NCBI GenBank assembly: GCA_030704615.1
Contig: CM060732.1
Location: forward strand, 51,708,001 to 51,772,000
DNA: 64,000 nt
Direction of reading: 5' to 3'
Source of the DNA: Takakia lepidozioides
Taxonomy: Eukaryota > Plantae > Bryophyta
Made by a program: the position numbers and the translations under genes. Position 1 is the stretch's first letter; each line of letters starts with the position of its first letter. This document shows, in pieces, positions 35,281-48,060 of this stretch. The notes under the pieces are model-generated. The model had not been told where the DNA came from and searched no databases. It was given only the letters and a program-made list of their open reading frames with translations.

Positions 35281-36149
35281 AGTCACTAGAAGCATTCGTG
35301 TCATTTACCACTGGGGTAACGACTCATTTTGAGTCGTAAAAGTAAAAAAACTTGGATCGACTGGAAGTTACAAATGACTAGTTACAACAGACGTGGAAGT
35401 TGGGTCGGACATCCAATGATTGGAGTGGTAAAGGACGCAGACGCGAACAACTGCTCAGCAATTATTGCGATTAATGCTGAAGAACCACGTGGCGTAACCA
35501 GGCGGGCCGCCCGTGTGTCTGACCTTTTGGGCTGACTTTGACTTTTTCCTCTGGCTGAGTGGACTGATTCACTGAAGTGCGGTGACACATGGGCGCGGAC
35601 GTGGACGATGATTGGACGCCGACGTGGCGGCACCACGACGAGCAGCACTGCTACCACGTGGCCACGGGCCTGGGGCGCCACGTGGTAGTTGACCACATAA
35701 CTTGCAATGCTACATGCCCAGTGGCAATTGCGACTGCGGAAGTCGACGCAACCACTGCTTTACTACTTTAAATGAAGTGCTCGAAATTACTTGAACAAGC
35801 ACTCGTAGTGGTTCATGCTTTGAAGTTTTGGTGTTTGTAATGAGCCGACTAGTACATACTCATGTAATGTCATACAAGAGAACTAATCATGTCATTAGAA
35901 TTGCGAAAACAATGAAAGACATGTCATGAAACAAAGCAAAATGAAAATGAAATGAAATGAAACAAATGGTACTTCATTACATCTGCGGAAAGCTCAAAGA
36001 GCTTATGATACAATGAAAAAAACCAAAGATTAAAAGCAGCCCAAAGCTACTACTGCTCTGGGGATTACCTAAGGGTCAAGGCCTCGTGCAGGTAAGCTAC
36101 CAGCAATTGTGATCCTCATAATGCAAGGCTCAATGACAGATTGAGTCCC

Positions 36150-38170
36150 ACGGAATAGATCATCTACCCATGCAGGTTTTCGTATAGCTATTGATCCACA
36201 GGGAATTATAGGTAATCTTGTGCTTGAAATCTGGCCCTCTTGGATGAATCTGGACCCACACTCTCTTTGCTCCTTCAGCTATACATGCCTCTGCACAAAT
36301 CATGCGTTCATCCTTGCCTCGCTGCTAGTAGCTGACAATGACACCCTAGATTTATTCTAGGAAACATCCAACTCAGCTTCTCAAACTAGTCCATATGCTG
36401 AATGCGTCTGCTAGTCTATGAAATGTAACAAGCATTCACCTTTTTGCCTTGGTTGTCCCATCATTGACTGGGGCATAATAGTATTCATTCCACAACTTCT
36501 CCTCATCTCTGTTACTTGTTTTTTGATACTTTCCTGTTGTCACATTGGCAGTATCATGTCAAAGTCACTCCAAACTAGATTCACTCAACCAACTAACTTG
36601 CAAAATTCAACATGGAAATTTAGGGCCGATTATGATTAGAGGGAAAAACAAGGTGAAATGTGTTGAATAAGATGCCTTCATTAGCAGTGTCTGATTTTAT
36701 AAATTGTGCCGCTGCTGCCAGTTGACCATCTACCCATGCAGGTTTGTTGTAGCTATAGAGTCAATCTGCAGCTTGAAGCCCGGCCCTCTTGGGTGAATCT
36801 GCACCCACACTCTATCCCTACTCCTTCAACTATCTATGCCTCTGCACAAATCATGCATATATCATTGTCTTGCTGCTAGCAGCTGATGATGACAGCCTAG
36901 ATTTGTTCTTACACCCCAACCCTATTTGGAAAAACAGGCTGAAAATGTGTTGAGGAAGGTGCCTTCATTAGCAGCACCTCATTCTATCAATTGTGCTGCC
37001 GCTACTGTTTCCACTTGCAACAATTGACCATCCACTCCAGCTGATTTCTTTTAGCTATTGATCCCTCAGCCTAAACCTGAACATGAATCTGGACCTCTAT
37101 CCCTGATCCCTCAGCTATCCCTGCCCGTGTACAGATACATCCCTCAACCTTGCTTCTAGCAGCTGACAGTGACGGCGTGAAGTTCTTCCAGAAAACACCC
37201 CAACCTAGGACTTAACAGTAGTTGCAATTCTGAATTGTAACTACTTCTCTCTGTAGTCGAACAAGCACTCACCTTTTTGTCTCCATTGTCCCCCCACTGA
37301 CTGGGGTCGGAAAAAGTTCATCCCAAAGCTTCTCTTCATCTTGTTATCTGTTTTTGGGTACTTTCCTGCTACCACATCAGCAGTAACTTGTCAAAGTCAC
37401 TCCAAACCACCCCACATCCACCCAATGAGCTAACTTACAGCATTCAATATGTAAATTCAAGGCTGGATCTGATGAGAGGGAAAATAGGCTGAAATAGGTC
37501 GAAGAAGAAGGTGTGCTCACCACATTGTCCTCGACTTTGTGTCATGACCCACGGAGGATTTGACGGACCATGCACCCAAGATGACCTCTTGTGTGTGCGA
37601 GGTGTGTGTTGCTTCCACAGGGAATTGTAGGCAATCTAGAGCTTGAAATCTGGCCCTCTTGGATGAATCTGGACCCACACTGCTCCCTGCTCCTTCAGCT
37701 ATCCATGCCTCTGCACAAATCATGCATACATCCTTGCCTTGATGCTAGCAGCTGACAATAACACTCTAGAATTGTTCTAGCAAACACCCCAACCCTACTT
37801 ATCACACTAGTTCCTATGCTGACTTGCGTCTGCTTCCAACATGCATTCACCTTTTTGCCTGGATTGTTCCACCATTGACTTGGGTCGGAACCGTATTCAT
37901 TCCAGAGCTTCTCCACATCTCTATTATCTTTTTTCGATACTTTCCTATCGACCACATTGGCAGTAACATGTCAAAATCACTCCAACACCACCATAGATCC
38001 ACCAACGAACTAACTTGTAGAATTCAACATGAAAATTTAGGGACGACTCTGATAGCAGGGGAAACGGGGTGAAAATTGAAGAAGGTACCTTCATTAGCAG
38101 TGGGCCTTGTTCTATCAATTGTGCTGCTGCCATTGCTGTTTCCAGTTGACCATCTACCCACTTGTAGTCG
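36150..38170 (-). pseudogene. Repeated OSB-type PDF-motif exons
   Basis: EKLWNEYGSDPSQWWNNPGKK|intron|IHPRGPDFKHKITYNSLWINSY..KPAWVD pieces recur (e.g. 37850-37915, 36160-36250, 36725-36800, 37620-37670). Confidence 0.8.
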
Positions 38171-38179
38171 TTGTGCTAT

Positions 38180-41100
38180 TGAAGAATGTGTCCCCCCTTC
38201 CCCTAGCATTTGATCATAGGTCTCCAAAGCCTCCATACCATGTCCCTGCTGTGCATACCCTGCAAGCATCGCGTTCCATGACACCGCATTTGGTTCAGCC
38301 ATAGTGTTGAAAACTCCCTTTGCATCCTTAATGCACCCACATTTGGCATAGACGTCCACCAGGGGAGTGTTCAGGATGACATCTGGTACAATTCCAGCTT
38401 TGACGATGTCACCATGGACCTCTTTCCCCTTTTCCAGAGGTCCCAGGCTTGCACACGCATTGCAAACATGCGGAAGCGTGATATGGTTGGGCTTCACCCC
38501 TTTGCGCAACATTTGCTCATAGGTAGCCAAAGCATTCCTACCACACCCATGTTTGGTAAATCTTGCCAACATTATATTCTACATGATCAAAGATTGTTGA
38601 GGCATTTTGTAGAAATCTTGGCGAGCATCTATGATGCTCCCGCACTTAACATACATGTTGACAAGGGTGTTGAGTAAAAAAAACATTTGGCATGAATCCA
38701 CTTTGGATAATGTGAGTGTGCACCTGATTCCAGCTTCCAGACCTAGAGCCTTTGTCAGTCTGCCTGCCTCACAAAGCATCTTCACATGCCCCACAGAAAA
38801 GGCATTGTGGACTCCCTCTCTTGATCCTCTTTCAGAAGCTGCGGTCATGGTTGGGGACGTGCCTGATTTTATCAACTGTGCCGCTGCAGCTATTGCCTTT
38901 AGTTGACCATCTACCCATTTAGGTTTCTTGTAGCTATTGATCCACATGGAATCATACATGTTGACAAGGGTGTTGAGTAGAAAAATATTTGGCGTGCACT
39001 TTGGATAATATGAGTGTGCACCTGCTTTCTAGCTTCACTTGGCTTTTCATCTTGATGCACTTATGCAAGAGATAGACATACGTATCTGAATCTGCTGAAA
39101 TGCCTCCTTGGTTTAAAGTCAGTAGAGCCTCTTTCAGTCTGCCTACCTCACAAAGCATCTTCACATTCCCATAAGTGCCAGAAGAGGCATTGTGGACTCC
39201 CTCTCTTGATCCTCTTCCAGAAGTTGTGGTCATGGTTGAGGTGCCTGACTTTATCAACTGTGCCACTACAGCTGCTACCTTTGGCGATGCAACCATGCAC
39301 CTCTTTGCATCTGGTAATCTGACAAACATTCACCTTGCTACAATTCCAGCTCTGAAGATGTCGCCATGTGGACCTCTTTCCCCTTTTCCAAAGGTGCCAA
39401 GGCAGTGTTCAGATTGACATTTGGTACAATTCCAGCTTTGATGATATCCCCATGCACCTCTTTGCCTTTCTCCAGGCCGGCTACTAGGCTTGCACAAGCA
39501 TTGCAAATGCACACAAACATGATGTGCTTCCATTGCTTATAGGTCTCCAAAGCCTCCATTCCACATCCCTACTGTGCATACCCTGCAAGCACATCATATC
39601 GCACTCCACGACACCACATGTCATTCAGCCATAGTGTCGAACACTCCCTTTGCATCCTAGATGCACCCACATGCTACAAACATGTTCACTAGGGTATTGT
39701 TTAGAATGTCATCTAGTACAATTCCAGCTCTGAAGATGTCACCATGCACATCTTTCCCCATTTCCAAAGCTGCCAGGGCAGTGTTCAGATTGACATTTGG
39801 CACAATTCTAGCTTTGATGATATCCCCGTGCACCTCTTGCCCTTCTCCAGGCCTGCCAGGCTTGCACAAGCATTGCAAATGCACACAAACATGATGTGCT
39901 TCCCCCATCATTTGCTCATAGGTCTCCAAAGCCTCCATCCCACGTCCCAGCCGTGCATACCATGCAAGCATCGCACTGCACGACACCACATCTCGTTCAG
40001 CCATAGTGTCGAACACTCCCTTTGCATCCTAGATGCATCCACATTTTGCAAACATGTTCACCAGGGTATTGTTCATAATGACATCTGGTACAATTCCAGC
40101 TCTGAAGATGTCGCCATGGACCTCTTTCCCCTTTCCAAAAGCTGCTAGGGCAGTGTTTAGATTGACATTTGGCACAATTCCAACTTTGATGATATCCCCA
40201 TGCACCTCTTGCCCTTCTCTAGGGCTGTCAGGCTTGCACAAGCATTGCAAATGCACACAAACATGATGTGCTTCCCCCATCCTTTGCTCATAGGTCTCCA
40301 AAGCCTCCATCCCACATCCCTGCCATGCATACCTTGCAAGCATCGCACTCCACGACACCACATCTCGTTCAGCCATAATGTCGAACACTCCCTTTGCATC
40401 CTAGATCCTAGATCCCTTTGCACCCACATTTTGCAAACATGTCCACCAGGGTATGGTTCAGAATGACACTTGGTACAATTCCAGCTCTGAAGATGTCGCC
40501 ATGGACCTCTTTCCCCTTTTCCAGAGCTGCCAGGGCAGTGTTCATAATGACATTTGGTACATTCCAGCTTTGATGATACCCCATGCACCGCTTTGCCCTT
40601 GTCTAGGGCTCAATGCACCCACATTTTGCATACATGTCCACCAGGGTATGGTTCAGAATGACATTTGGTACAATTCCAGCTCTGAAGATTTCGCCATGGA
40701 CCTCTTTCCTCTTTTTCCAAAGCTGCTAGGGTAGTGTTCATAATGACATTTGGTACAGCTTTGATGATACCCCATGCACCTCTTTGCCCTCGTCTAGGCT
40801 CGATGCACCCACATTTCACATACATGTCCACCAGGGTATGGTTCAGACTGACATTTGGTACAATTCCAGCTCTGAAGATGTCGCCATGGACCTCTTTCCC
40901 CTTTTTGAGAGCTGCGAGGGCAGTGTTCAGAATGACATTTGGCACAATTCCAGCTTTGATGATATCCCCATGCACCTCTTTGCCCTTGTCTAGGGCTGCC
41001 AGGCTTGCAAAAGCATTGCAAATGCACACAAACACGATGTGCTTCCCCCATCCTTTGCTCATAGGTCTCCAAAGCCTCCATCCCACGTCCCTGCTGTGCA

Positions 41101-42535
41101 TACCTTGCAAGCATCGCGCTCCACGACACCACATCTCGTTCAGCCGTAGTGTCGAACACTCCCTTTGCATCCTAGATCCTAGATCCCTTTGCACCCACAT
41201 TTTGCAAACATGTCCACCAGGGTATGGTTCAGAATGACACTTGGTACAATTCCAGCTCTGAAGATGTCGCCATGGACCTCTTTCCCCTTTTCCAGAGCTG
41301 CCACGGCGGTGTTCATAATGACATTTGGTACATTCCAGCTCTGATGATACCCCATTCACCGCTTTGCCCTTGTCCAGGGCTCAATGCACCCACATTTTGC
41401 ATACATGACCACCAGGGTATGGTTCAGAATGACATTTGGTACAATTCCAACTCTGAAGATGTCGCCATGGACCTCTTTCCCCTTTTTCCAGAGCTGCCAG
41501 GGCAGTGTTCATAATGACATTTGGTACAATTCCAGCTTTGATGATACCCCATGCACCCTTTGCCCTCGTCTAGGCTCGATGCCACCCACATTTCGCATAC
41601 ATGTCCACCAGGGTATGGTTCAGACTGACATTTGGTACAATTCCAGCTTTGAAGATGTCGCCATGGACCTCTTTCCCCTTTTTGAGAGCTGCGAGGGCAG
41701 TGTTCAGAATGACATTTGGTACAATTACAGCTTTGATGATATCCCCATGCACCTCTTTGCCCTTGTCCAGGGCTGCCAGGCTTGCACAAGCATTGCAAAT
41801 GCACACAAAGTGGTCGGGCTTCACCCCCTCCCCCATCATTGGATCATAGGTCTCCAAAGCTTCCATCCCACGTCCGTGTTGTGCATACCCTGCAAGCATC
41901 GCACTCCACAACACCACATCTCGTTCAGCCATAGTGTCGAAAACTCCCTTTGCATCCTCAATGCATCCACATTTGGCATACATGTCCAGGTCACGGCAGT
42001 GATCAGAATGACATCTGATGCAATTCCAGCTTTGGCCGATGTCACCATGGACCTTGTTCCCCTTTTCCAGGCTTGCACACGCATTACATACAAACGCGAT
42101 GTGGTTGGGCTTCACCCCTTCACGCATCATTTGCTCACAGGTCTCCAAAGCATTCGTACCACGCCCATGCTTAGTAATCCTACCAACATTATATTCCACG
42201 TGATCAAAGATCGTTGAGGCATTATGTGTTGAACACTTGATGATCATCCATGATGCTCCCCTTAACATACATGTTGATAAGGTTGTTGAGTAGAAAAACG
42301 TTCAGCGTGAATCCACTTTGGACAATGTGAGTGTGCACTTGCTTTCCAACTTCTAGGCCTTTCATCTTGATGCACACATACGTATCTACATCTGCTGAAA
42401 TGCCTCTTTGGTTTAAAGTTTGTAGAGCTTCTTTCAGTATGCCTGCCTCATAAAGTATTTTCACATGCCCATAAATGCCATAAGAGGCATTGGGACTCCC
42501 TTGTGGACTCCCACTCTTGATCCTCTTCCAGAAGC
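38180..42535 (-). pseudogene. PLS-class PPR gene remnants with internal tandem amplification
   Basis: [70 protein letters not shown] motifs; many frameshifts; duplications with 372- and 771-bp offsets. Confidence 0.92.
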
Positions 42536-42549
42536 GAAATTAGGAGGCA

Positions 42550-44137
42550 ACTCACAATGCGACCACTCACTCGTAAACCGGGGGCTCCTCGGCCTCGATC
42601 CCAACTTGTTCATCCCCCTGCTCCTTCTCGGATTTTTCCTCATCCTCCGAGGATGCCTCTTCCTCTTTTGGCAGACGTTCAGCCACTGCAAGTTCCGAGT
42701 TGTGGAGGGCAGTATCTGGCTCGAAGGCGAACACATGCCTGTCGGACAACGTCCCTGCCCACATTGAAGCACCTGAGGAACAAAGCGGGCGGTTAATAGC
42801 TTGTGGCATGCAATTGCAATCGGGCCAGGGGACAAACTGAGCACGTGAAGGCTTACCCGTGCCGCATGTGAGGTCAAGAATCCGCCCTTGGACATCCGAG
42901 CACGTCTCCTGTCTTTGTGTCCTTTGGCATACTGGAGTGGGGCACATAGTTGTAGAGGACATCGTAGGTAACAGGGTCCACAACGGCATCAACAAGACGA
43001 CCGTTGTTGCGAAATTTGAACGTAGACCCTCTCTTCACAAAGCAATATGCCTCAAACACCAATGTCTGCACATCCAACAAAAGAGGGATCAACTCCGGGA
43101 TCTAGTTTAGATACACCACAATATGAGGTGAATGCAATAGATTGATAACTTACACTTTGGCCCTCTGTTCGCAACCCCTGTGTATTGATGCAGAACCATT
43201 TTCTGAGGAGGACCGAGGTGACACTTTTCGGTGTCCATCTTGCCACCGCATTCTCTGTGGTCTTCCCTCTTGTGGCAAGGACAACCACACATCCACCGTC
43301 ATCCAGGAGCATCCCCGCCAGCCCAAACCCAGCTTTCTAATAGTCATCAGTAAACCTGTTCCAGGTGGGCACACCATCCAGGCCCTCTAGCAGCTCCCCA
43401 TCTGGAATGTCGAGGAAAATCATATCGCAAGCTCTCTCCACCTCACCCCCCCCCCGAGTGCTCTTGCAATCCGTGCTCACAGCCGTGAAGAATTCCGTCA
43501 TGGCTTCAAAACCAGGGGTGTCTTTAGGCTCTGTACCGGCAGCCCTCTTTTTGGCTTTCCCCTTCTGCTCCGCCAGAGACTTGCTGTGTGCCACCTTCTT
43601 TGCCCTGGCAGCCAGAGCATCAAGGGAGCTCTCATTGACGCATTGGATGATGGTTGGGGGTTCTAGCTTTGGCCTGTGCGTAAACGTCACCGCCGAATAC
43701 CGCCGTGTAGGCTCGCCCTCAAATGCCAACTTCTTGGCAGAGCCAGTCCCACTCCGAACTGACTTGGGAACCCGGACGACCGGTGACTTGGTAGCAGCAG
43801 CAGCAGTAGCAGGACCTTGAACAAAGTCGTCGTCCAAGTCACTCCCTTGGGTCCCCTCCTGTGCCTCCTCCGGTGCCCCGATGGTTTTCTGTTTTTTGGG
43901 GGTTACTGTACTCCCCTGTTTCCTTGTCCTTCTCTTTTGGCCTTTATTCTTCTCATTCAATTTCTCCTGAATTCCTGCCTGAGCAAGCTTTGCCGCTTTC
44001 CTGGAGTTCGCAAGCGCTTTTGCCTTTTTTGGACCCAGCGGAGGCAGCGGAGCCCGATTTCGTCGGGCCTCAGCATCCAGCTTCAATTGAAACTCGGATG
44101 GGTCGAGCGAGCCAGGAGTCCCTAGGGTGGCTGGCAC
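42550..44137 (-). pseudogene. Second, diverged beta-class methyltransferase copy (C-terminal exons)
   Basis: DMIFLDIPDG..PTWN (43400-43411); YDVLYNYV; ETCSDVQGRILDLTCGTG|ASMWAGTLSDRHVFAFEPD. Intron in motif I is at the same position as in copy 1; the WRGAREK segment is deleted. Confidence 0.8.
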
Positions 44138-44139
44138 AG

Positions 44140-44600
44140 AAAACCGAAATTCGGCGCCATTTTTCCAGTTCTAGGCCCAGTCAGTTCTGGGACTTAGCCA
44201 TTTTCGGGCCGGACCTGGGAAAATGGTGCCGAATTTCCAGTTCAGGGCTCCCAAAATGGCTAAGTCCCTAGCGTGGCTGGCACCGAAAACCGAAATTCGG
44301 CGCCATTTTTCTAGTTCTAGGCCCAGTCAGTTCCGCCCCAACCTGGGAAAATGGTGCCGAATTTCCAGTTCAGGGACCTCATTCTGTGTTTTTCATGAAT
44401 GCAGGTACTGCAAGTTCTCCCTTTTGGAGAAAGGTCACCTGTCCTTCGAGCCACCATTCTTCCTGGCATGGAGGAACCCTGGGGCTGACTCCATGTACAC
44501 TGACGTTATTGTGAAGGAGTGGCATTTGGAACATTTGCGTGATTGCCCTTGGTATGTGGACCTTCCGCAGAAATCTATCAAGTTCCATCCATTCATTCCA
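44140..44600 (+). pseudogene. Inverted upstream exon of MTase copy 2 with palindrome-bearing intron
   Basis: cag|YCKFSLLEKGHLSFEPPFFLAWRNP..WHLEHLRDCPWYVDLP matches YMYHILIPEKYLSDDPDFIYSWADP..WSRAHFRDCGWYLDLP (19067-18900). Preceded by two ~146-bp units with inverted GAAATTCGGCGCCATTTT pairs. Confidence 0.75.
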
Positions 44601-44609
44601 CAGCTTCAC

Positions 44610-45362
44610 TCAGGTCTCTCTACACAGTGTGAGTATGAAGTATGTATCAGATTAATACCTATCAAGTATCAGGCTGAAGCCATGGAGTCTCTAATCTGTT
44701 CTACATTACAACTCTACTGCTTGCATTCATCAAGCATCATCAGATCGTTCTCCTCCTACTCCGTGCTCTCCCTCTTTTTACTCAGAGATGCGCTCTCCGC
44801 TTCATTTCCCCCCCAAGTGATGCCAGAAGTCCTCCAAGAAGTAGTCCCCCTAGACGTCCCCGCTCTTCGCTTTTTCTACCTACAAGCTGTTCTAACCGCT
44901 TTCCTAACTAACCATTATCTCTGTAGTACACGTTCCTTTTTCCCACCGTCGTTCCTTGCCAATGATAACTGTTCCCCAGCTGTGCCGAGCTGTAACTGGC
45001 TGTATCAGGCTGTGGCGGGCTGTGACTGGCTGTGTCGGGCTGTGTAGGGCTGTGCGAAGCTGTGGCGGCTGTGTCAGGCTGTGACTGGCTGTGTTGGACT
45101 GTGTCGGGCTGTGTCGAGCTGTGACTGGCTGTGCGACTGTGTCGGGCTGTGTCGGCTGTGTTAAGCTGTGACTGGCTGTGTGACTGTGACGGGCTGTGAC
45201 GGCTGTGTCGGGCTGTGATGGACTGTGTTGGGCTGTGTATCTCCCCCCCTAAAGCCTGTTGCTGTCACCCCTAAGGCTCCTGTTGGTCTCAGTCTGTGTA
45301 AAAAATTAAGGGTACCCCACAGATCCCGTAAAAGCGTCTAAGTGCCAAGCAGCCCTCTAACA
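44610..45362 (-). mobile_element. Gypsy family-A LTR, truncated
   Basis: Ends cagccctctaaca, the reverse complement of the LTR start at 13097. Expanded ctgtg 10-bp repeats at 44975-45240. Confidence 0.85.
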
Positions 45363-45579
45363 GGAGGCAAGCTCCACATGGGAGGTACCAGGCCAGTTGT
45401 GCTATGGTCTAGAGTTGGTTTCTGCTATTGCATGTATTTTTCCAGGGTTTAGACTTGATACAACATGGTACCTTGCATGGGTGGGAGTGACTGAGCTGTT
45501 GGGGTGGGCAAAATTCTGACAAACACACTTTCATTTGTGACAGTGAACCCTAAACAGTCATGGAGTTGTGGCCTGCATA

Positions 45580-46160
45580 CTTTTCTGACCCTAGTCAATG
45601 GTGGCCCAATTGTGGCAAAAAGGTGAATGCATGTTGGATTATAGAGAGTAGCAGATGCAATTGAGCATAGGAACTAGTGTGAGAAGTTGAGTTGGGTGTT
45701 TCCTAGAACAAATATAGGCTGTTATTGTCAGTTGCTACCAGCAAGGCAAAGATGTATGCATGATTTGTGAGAGGCATGGATAGCTGAAGGAGCAGGGATA
45801 GAGTGTGGGTCCAGATTCATCCAAGAGGGCCACATTTCAAGCACAACATTGCCTATGATTCCTTGTGGAAGGATTGGTACAAGAAACCTGCATGGGTAGA
45901 TGGTCAACTGGAAGCCGCAGCAGCAGGGGCACAATGGTAAAATCAGGCGATGAGGGCACATTCTTCAACACATTTCACCCTGTTTTTCCCCCTTATCACA
46001 ATCGGCCCTAAATTTCCATGTTGAATTATGCAAGTTAGCTGGTTGAGTGAATCTTTGATAGATTGGAGTGACTTTGACATGATACTGCCAATGTGACAAC
46101 AGGAAAGTATCCAAAAACAGGTACAAGAGATGAGGAGAAGGTGTGGAATGAATACTTTTA
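45580..46160 (+). pseudogene. PDF-motif exons preceding a PPR fragment
   Basis: FSDPSQWW..GKK|gt..ag|IHPRGPHFKHNIAYDSLWK..KPAWVDGQL..DEEKVWNEYFYDP. Confidence 0.8.
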
Positions 46161-46169
46161 TGATCCAGT

Positions 46170-48060
46170 CAAGTTTAGGGAGTGTTCAACACCATGGCTG
46201 AACAAGATGTGGTGTCGTGGAGCGCGATGCTTGCAGGATGTGCACAGCAGTGAAGTGGGATGGAGCCTTTGGAGACCTATCATGACCAAATGATGGGGGA
46301 AGGGATGAAGCCCGACCACAACACATTTGTGTGCGTTTGCAGTGCGTGTGCAAGCCTGACAGCTCTGGAAAAGGGAAGAGGTCCATGGTTTCATTGTCAA
46401 AGCTGGAATTGTATTTGACGTGATTCTGAACAATGCCCTCGTGGACATGTATGCCAAATGTGGGAGCATCAAGGGCAAGCCTGCCAGCTCTGGAAAAGGG
46501 AAGATCGGGTCCATGGTTTCATTGTCAAAGCTTGCATTGTACCTGATTGTGATTCTGGACAATGCCCTCGTGGACATGTATGCCAAATGTGTTAGCATGA
46601 AGGGCAAGCCTGCCAGCTCTGGGAAAGGGAAGATCAGGTCTATGGTTTCATTGTCAAAGCTTGCATTGTACCTGATTGTGATTCTGGACAATGCCCTCGT
46701 GGACATGTATGCCAAATGTGGAAGCATCAATGGCAAGCCTGCCAGCTCTGGAAAAGGTTCCGATGAGGTCCATGGTTTCATTGTCAAAGCTGGAATTGTA
46801 CCTGATTGTGATTGTGGACAATGCCCTCGTGGACAAGTATGCCAAATGTGGGAGCATCAAGGGCAAGCCTGGCAGCTCTGGAAAAGGGAAGAGGTCCATC
46901 GTTTCATTGTCAAAGCTGGAATTATACCTGATGTGATTCGAGACAATGCCCTCGTGGACATGTATGCCAAATGTTTCAGCATGAAGGGCAAGCCTGGCAG
47001 CTCTGGAAAAGGGAAGATCGGGTCCATGGTTTCATTGTCAAAGCTGGAATTGTACCTGATGTGATTCTGGACAATGCCCTCGTCGACATGTATGCCAAAC
47101 TTGTTAGCATGAAGGGCAAGCCTGGCAGCTCTGGAAAAGGGAAGATTAGGTCCATGCTTTAGGGATACCAAATGTGGGAGCATCAAGGGCAAGCCTGCCA
47201 GCTCTGGAAAAGGGAAGATCAGGTCCGTGGTTTCATTGTGTAAGCTGGAATTGTACCTGATTGTGATTCTGGACAATGCCCTCGTGGACATGTATGCCAA
47301 ATGTGGGAGCATGAAGGGCAAGCCTGCCAGCTCTGGGAAAGGGAAGATCAGGTCTATGGTTTCATTGTCAAAGCTTGCATTGTACCTGATTGTGATTCTG
47401 GACAATGCCCTCGTGGACATGTATACCAAACGTGGAAGCATCAATGGCAAGCCTGCCATTTCTGGAAAAGGTTCCGATGAGGTCCATGGTTTCATTGTCA
47501 AAGCTGGAATTGTACCTGATTGTGATTCTGGACAATGCCCTCGTGGACATGTATGCCAAATGTGGGAGCATCAAGGGCAAGCCTGGCAGCTCTGGAAAAA
47601 GGAAGAGGTCCATGGTTTCATTGTCAAAGCTGGAATTATACCTGATGTGATTCTGGACAATGCCCTCGTGGACATGTATGCCAAATGTGTCAGCATGAAG
47701 GGCAAGCTGGCAGCTCTGGAAAAGGGAAGAGGTCCATGGTTTCATTGTCAAAGCTGGAATTGTACCTGATGTGATTCTGAACAATGCCCTCGTGGACATG
47801 TACGCCAAATGTGGGAGCATCAAGGGCAAGCCTGCCAGCTCTGGAAAATGGAAGATCAGGTCTATGGTTTCCTTGTCAAAGCTTGCATTGTACCTGATTG
47901 TGATTCTGGACAATGCCCTCGTGGACATGTATGCCAAACGTGGGAGCATCAATGGCAAGCCTGGCAGCTCTGGAAAAGGTTCCGATCAGGTCCATGGTTT
48001 CATTGTCAAAGCTGGAATTGTACCTAATGTGATTCTGGACAATGCCCTCGTCGACATGTA
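46170..48060 (+). repeat. PPR fragment amplified into a ~124-130-bp tandem array
   Basis: About 14 units of gtgattctggacaatgccctcgtggacatgtatgccaaatgtgggagcatcaagggcaagcctgccagctctggaaaaggg...; higher-order duplication with 714-bp offset. Confidence 0.92.

Noticed and set aside
35284-35810. Small CACTA element (CACTAG...GTAGTG)
   Set aside because: Termini match over only 5 bp and the flanking trinucleotides (agt/gtt) are not a TSD. It may be a truncated end but is unsupported.
13097-45362. One intact LTR element bounded by the two family-A LTRs
   Set aside because: The LTRs are in opposite orientation, are diverged and share no TSD.
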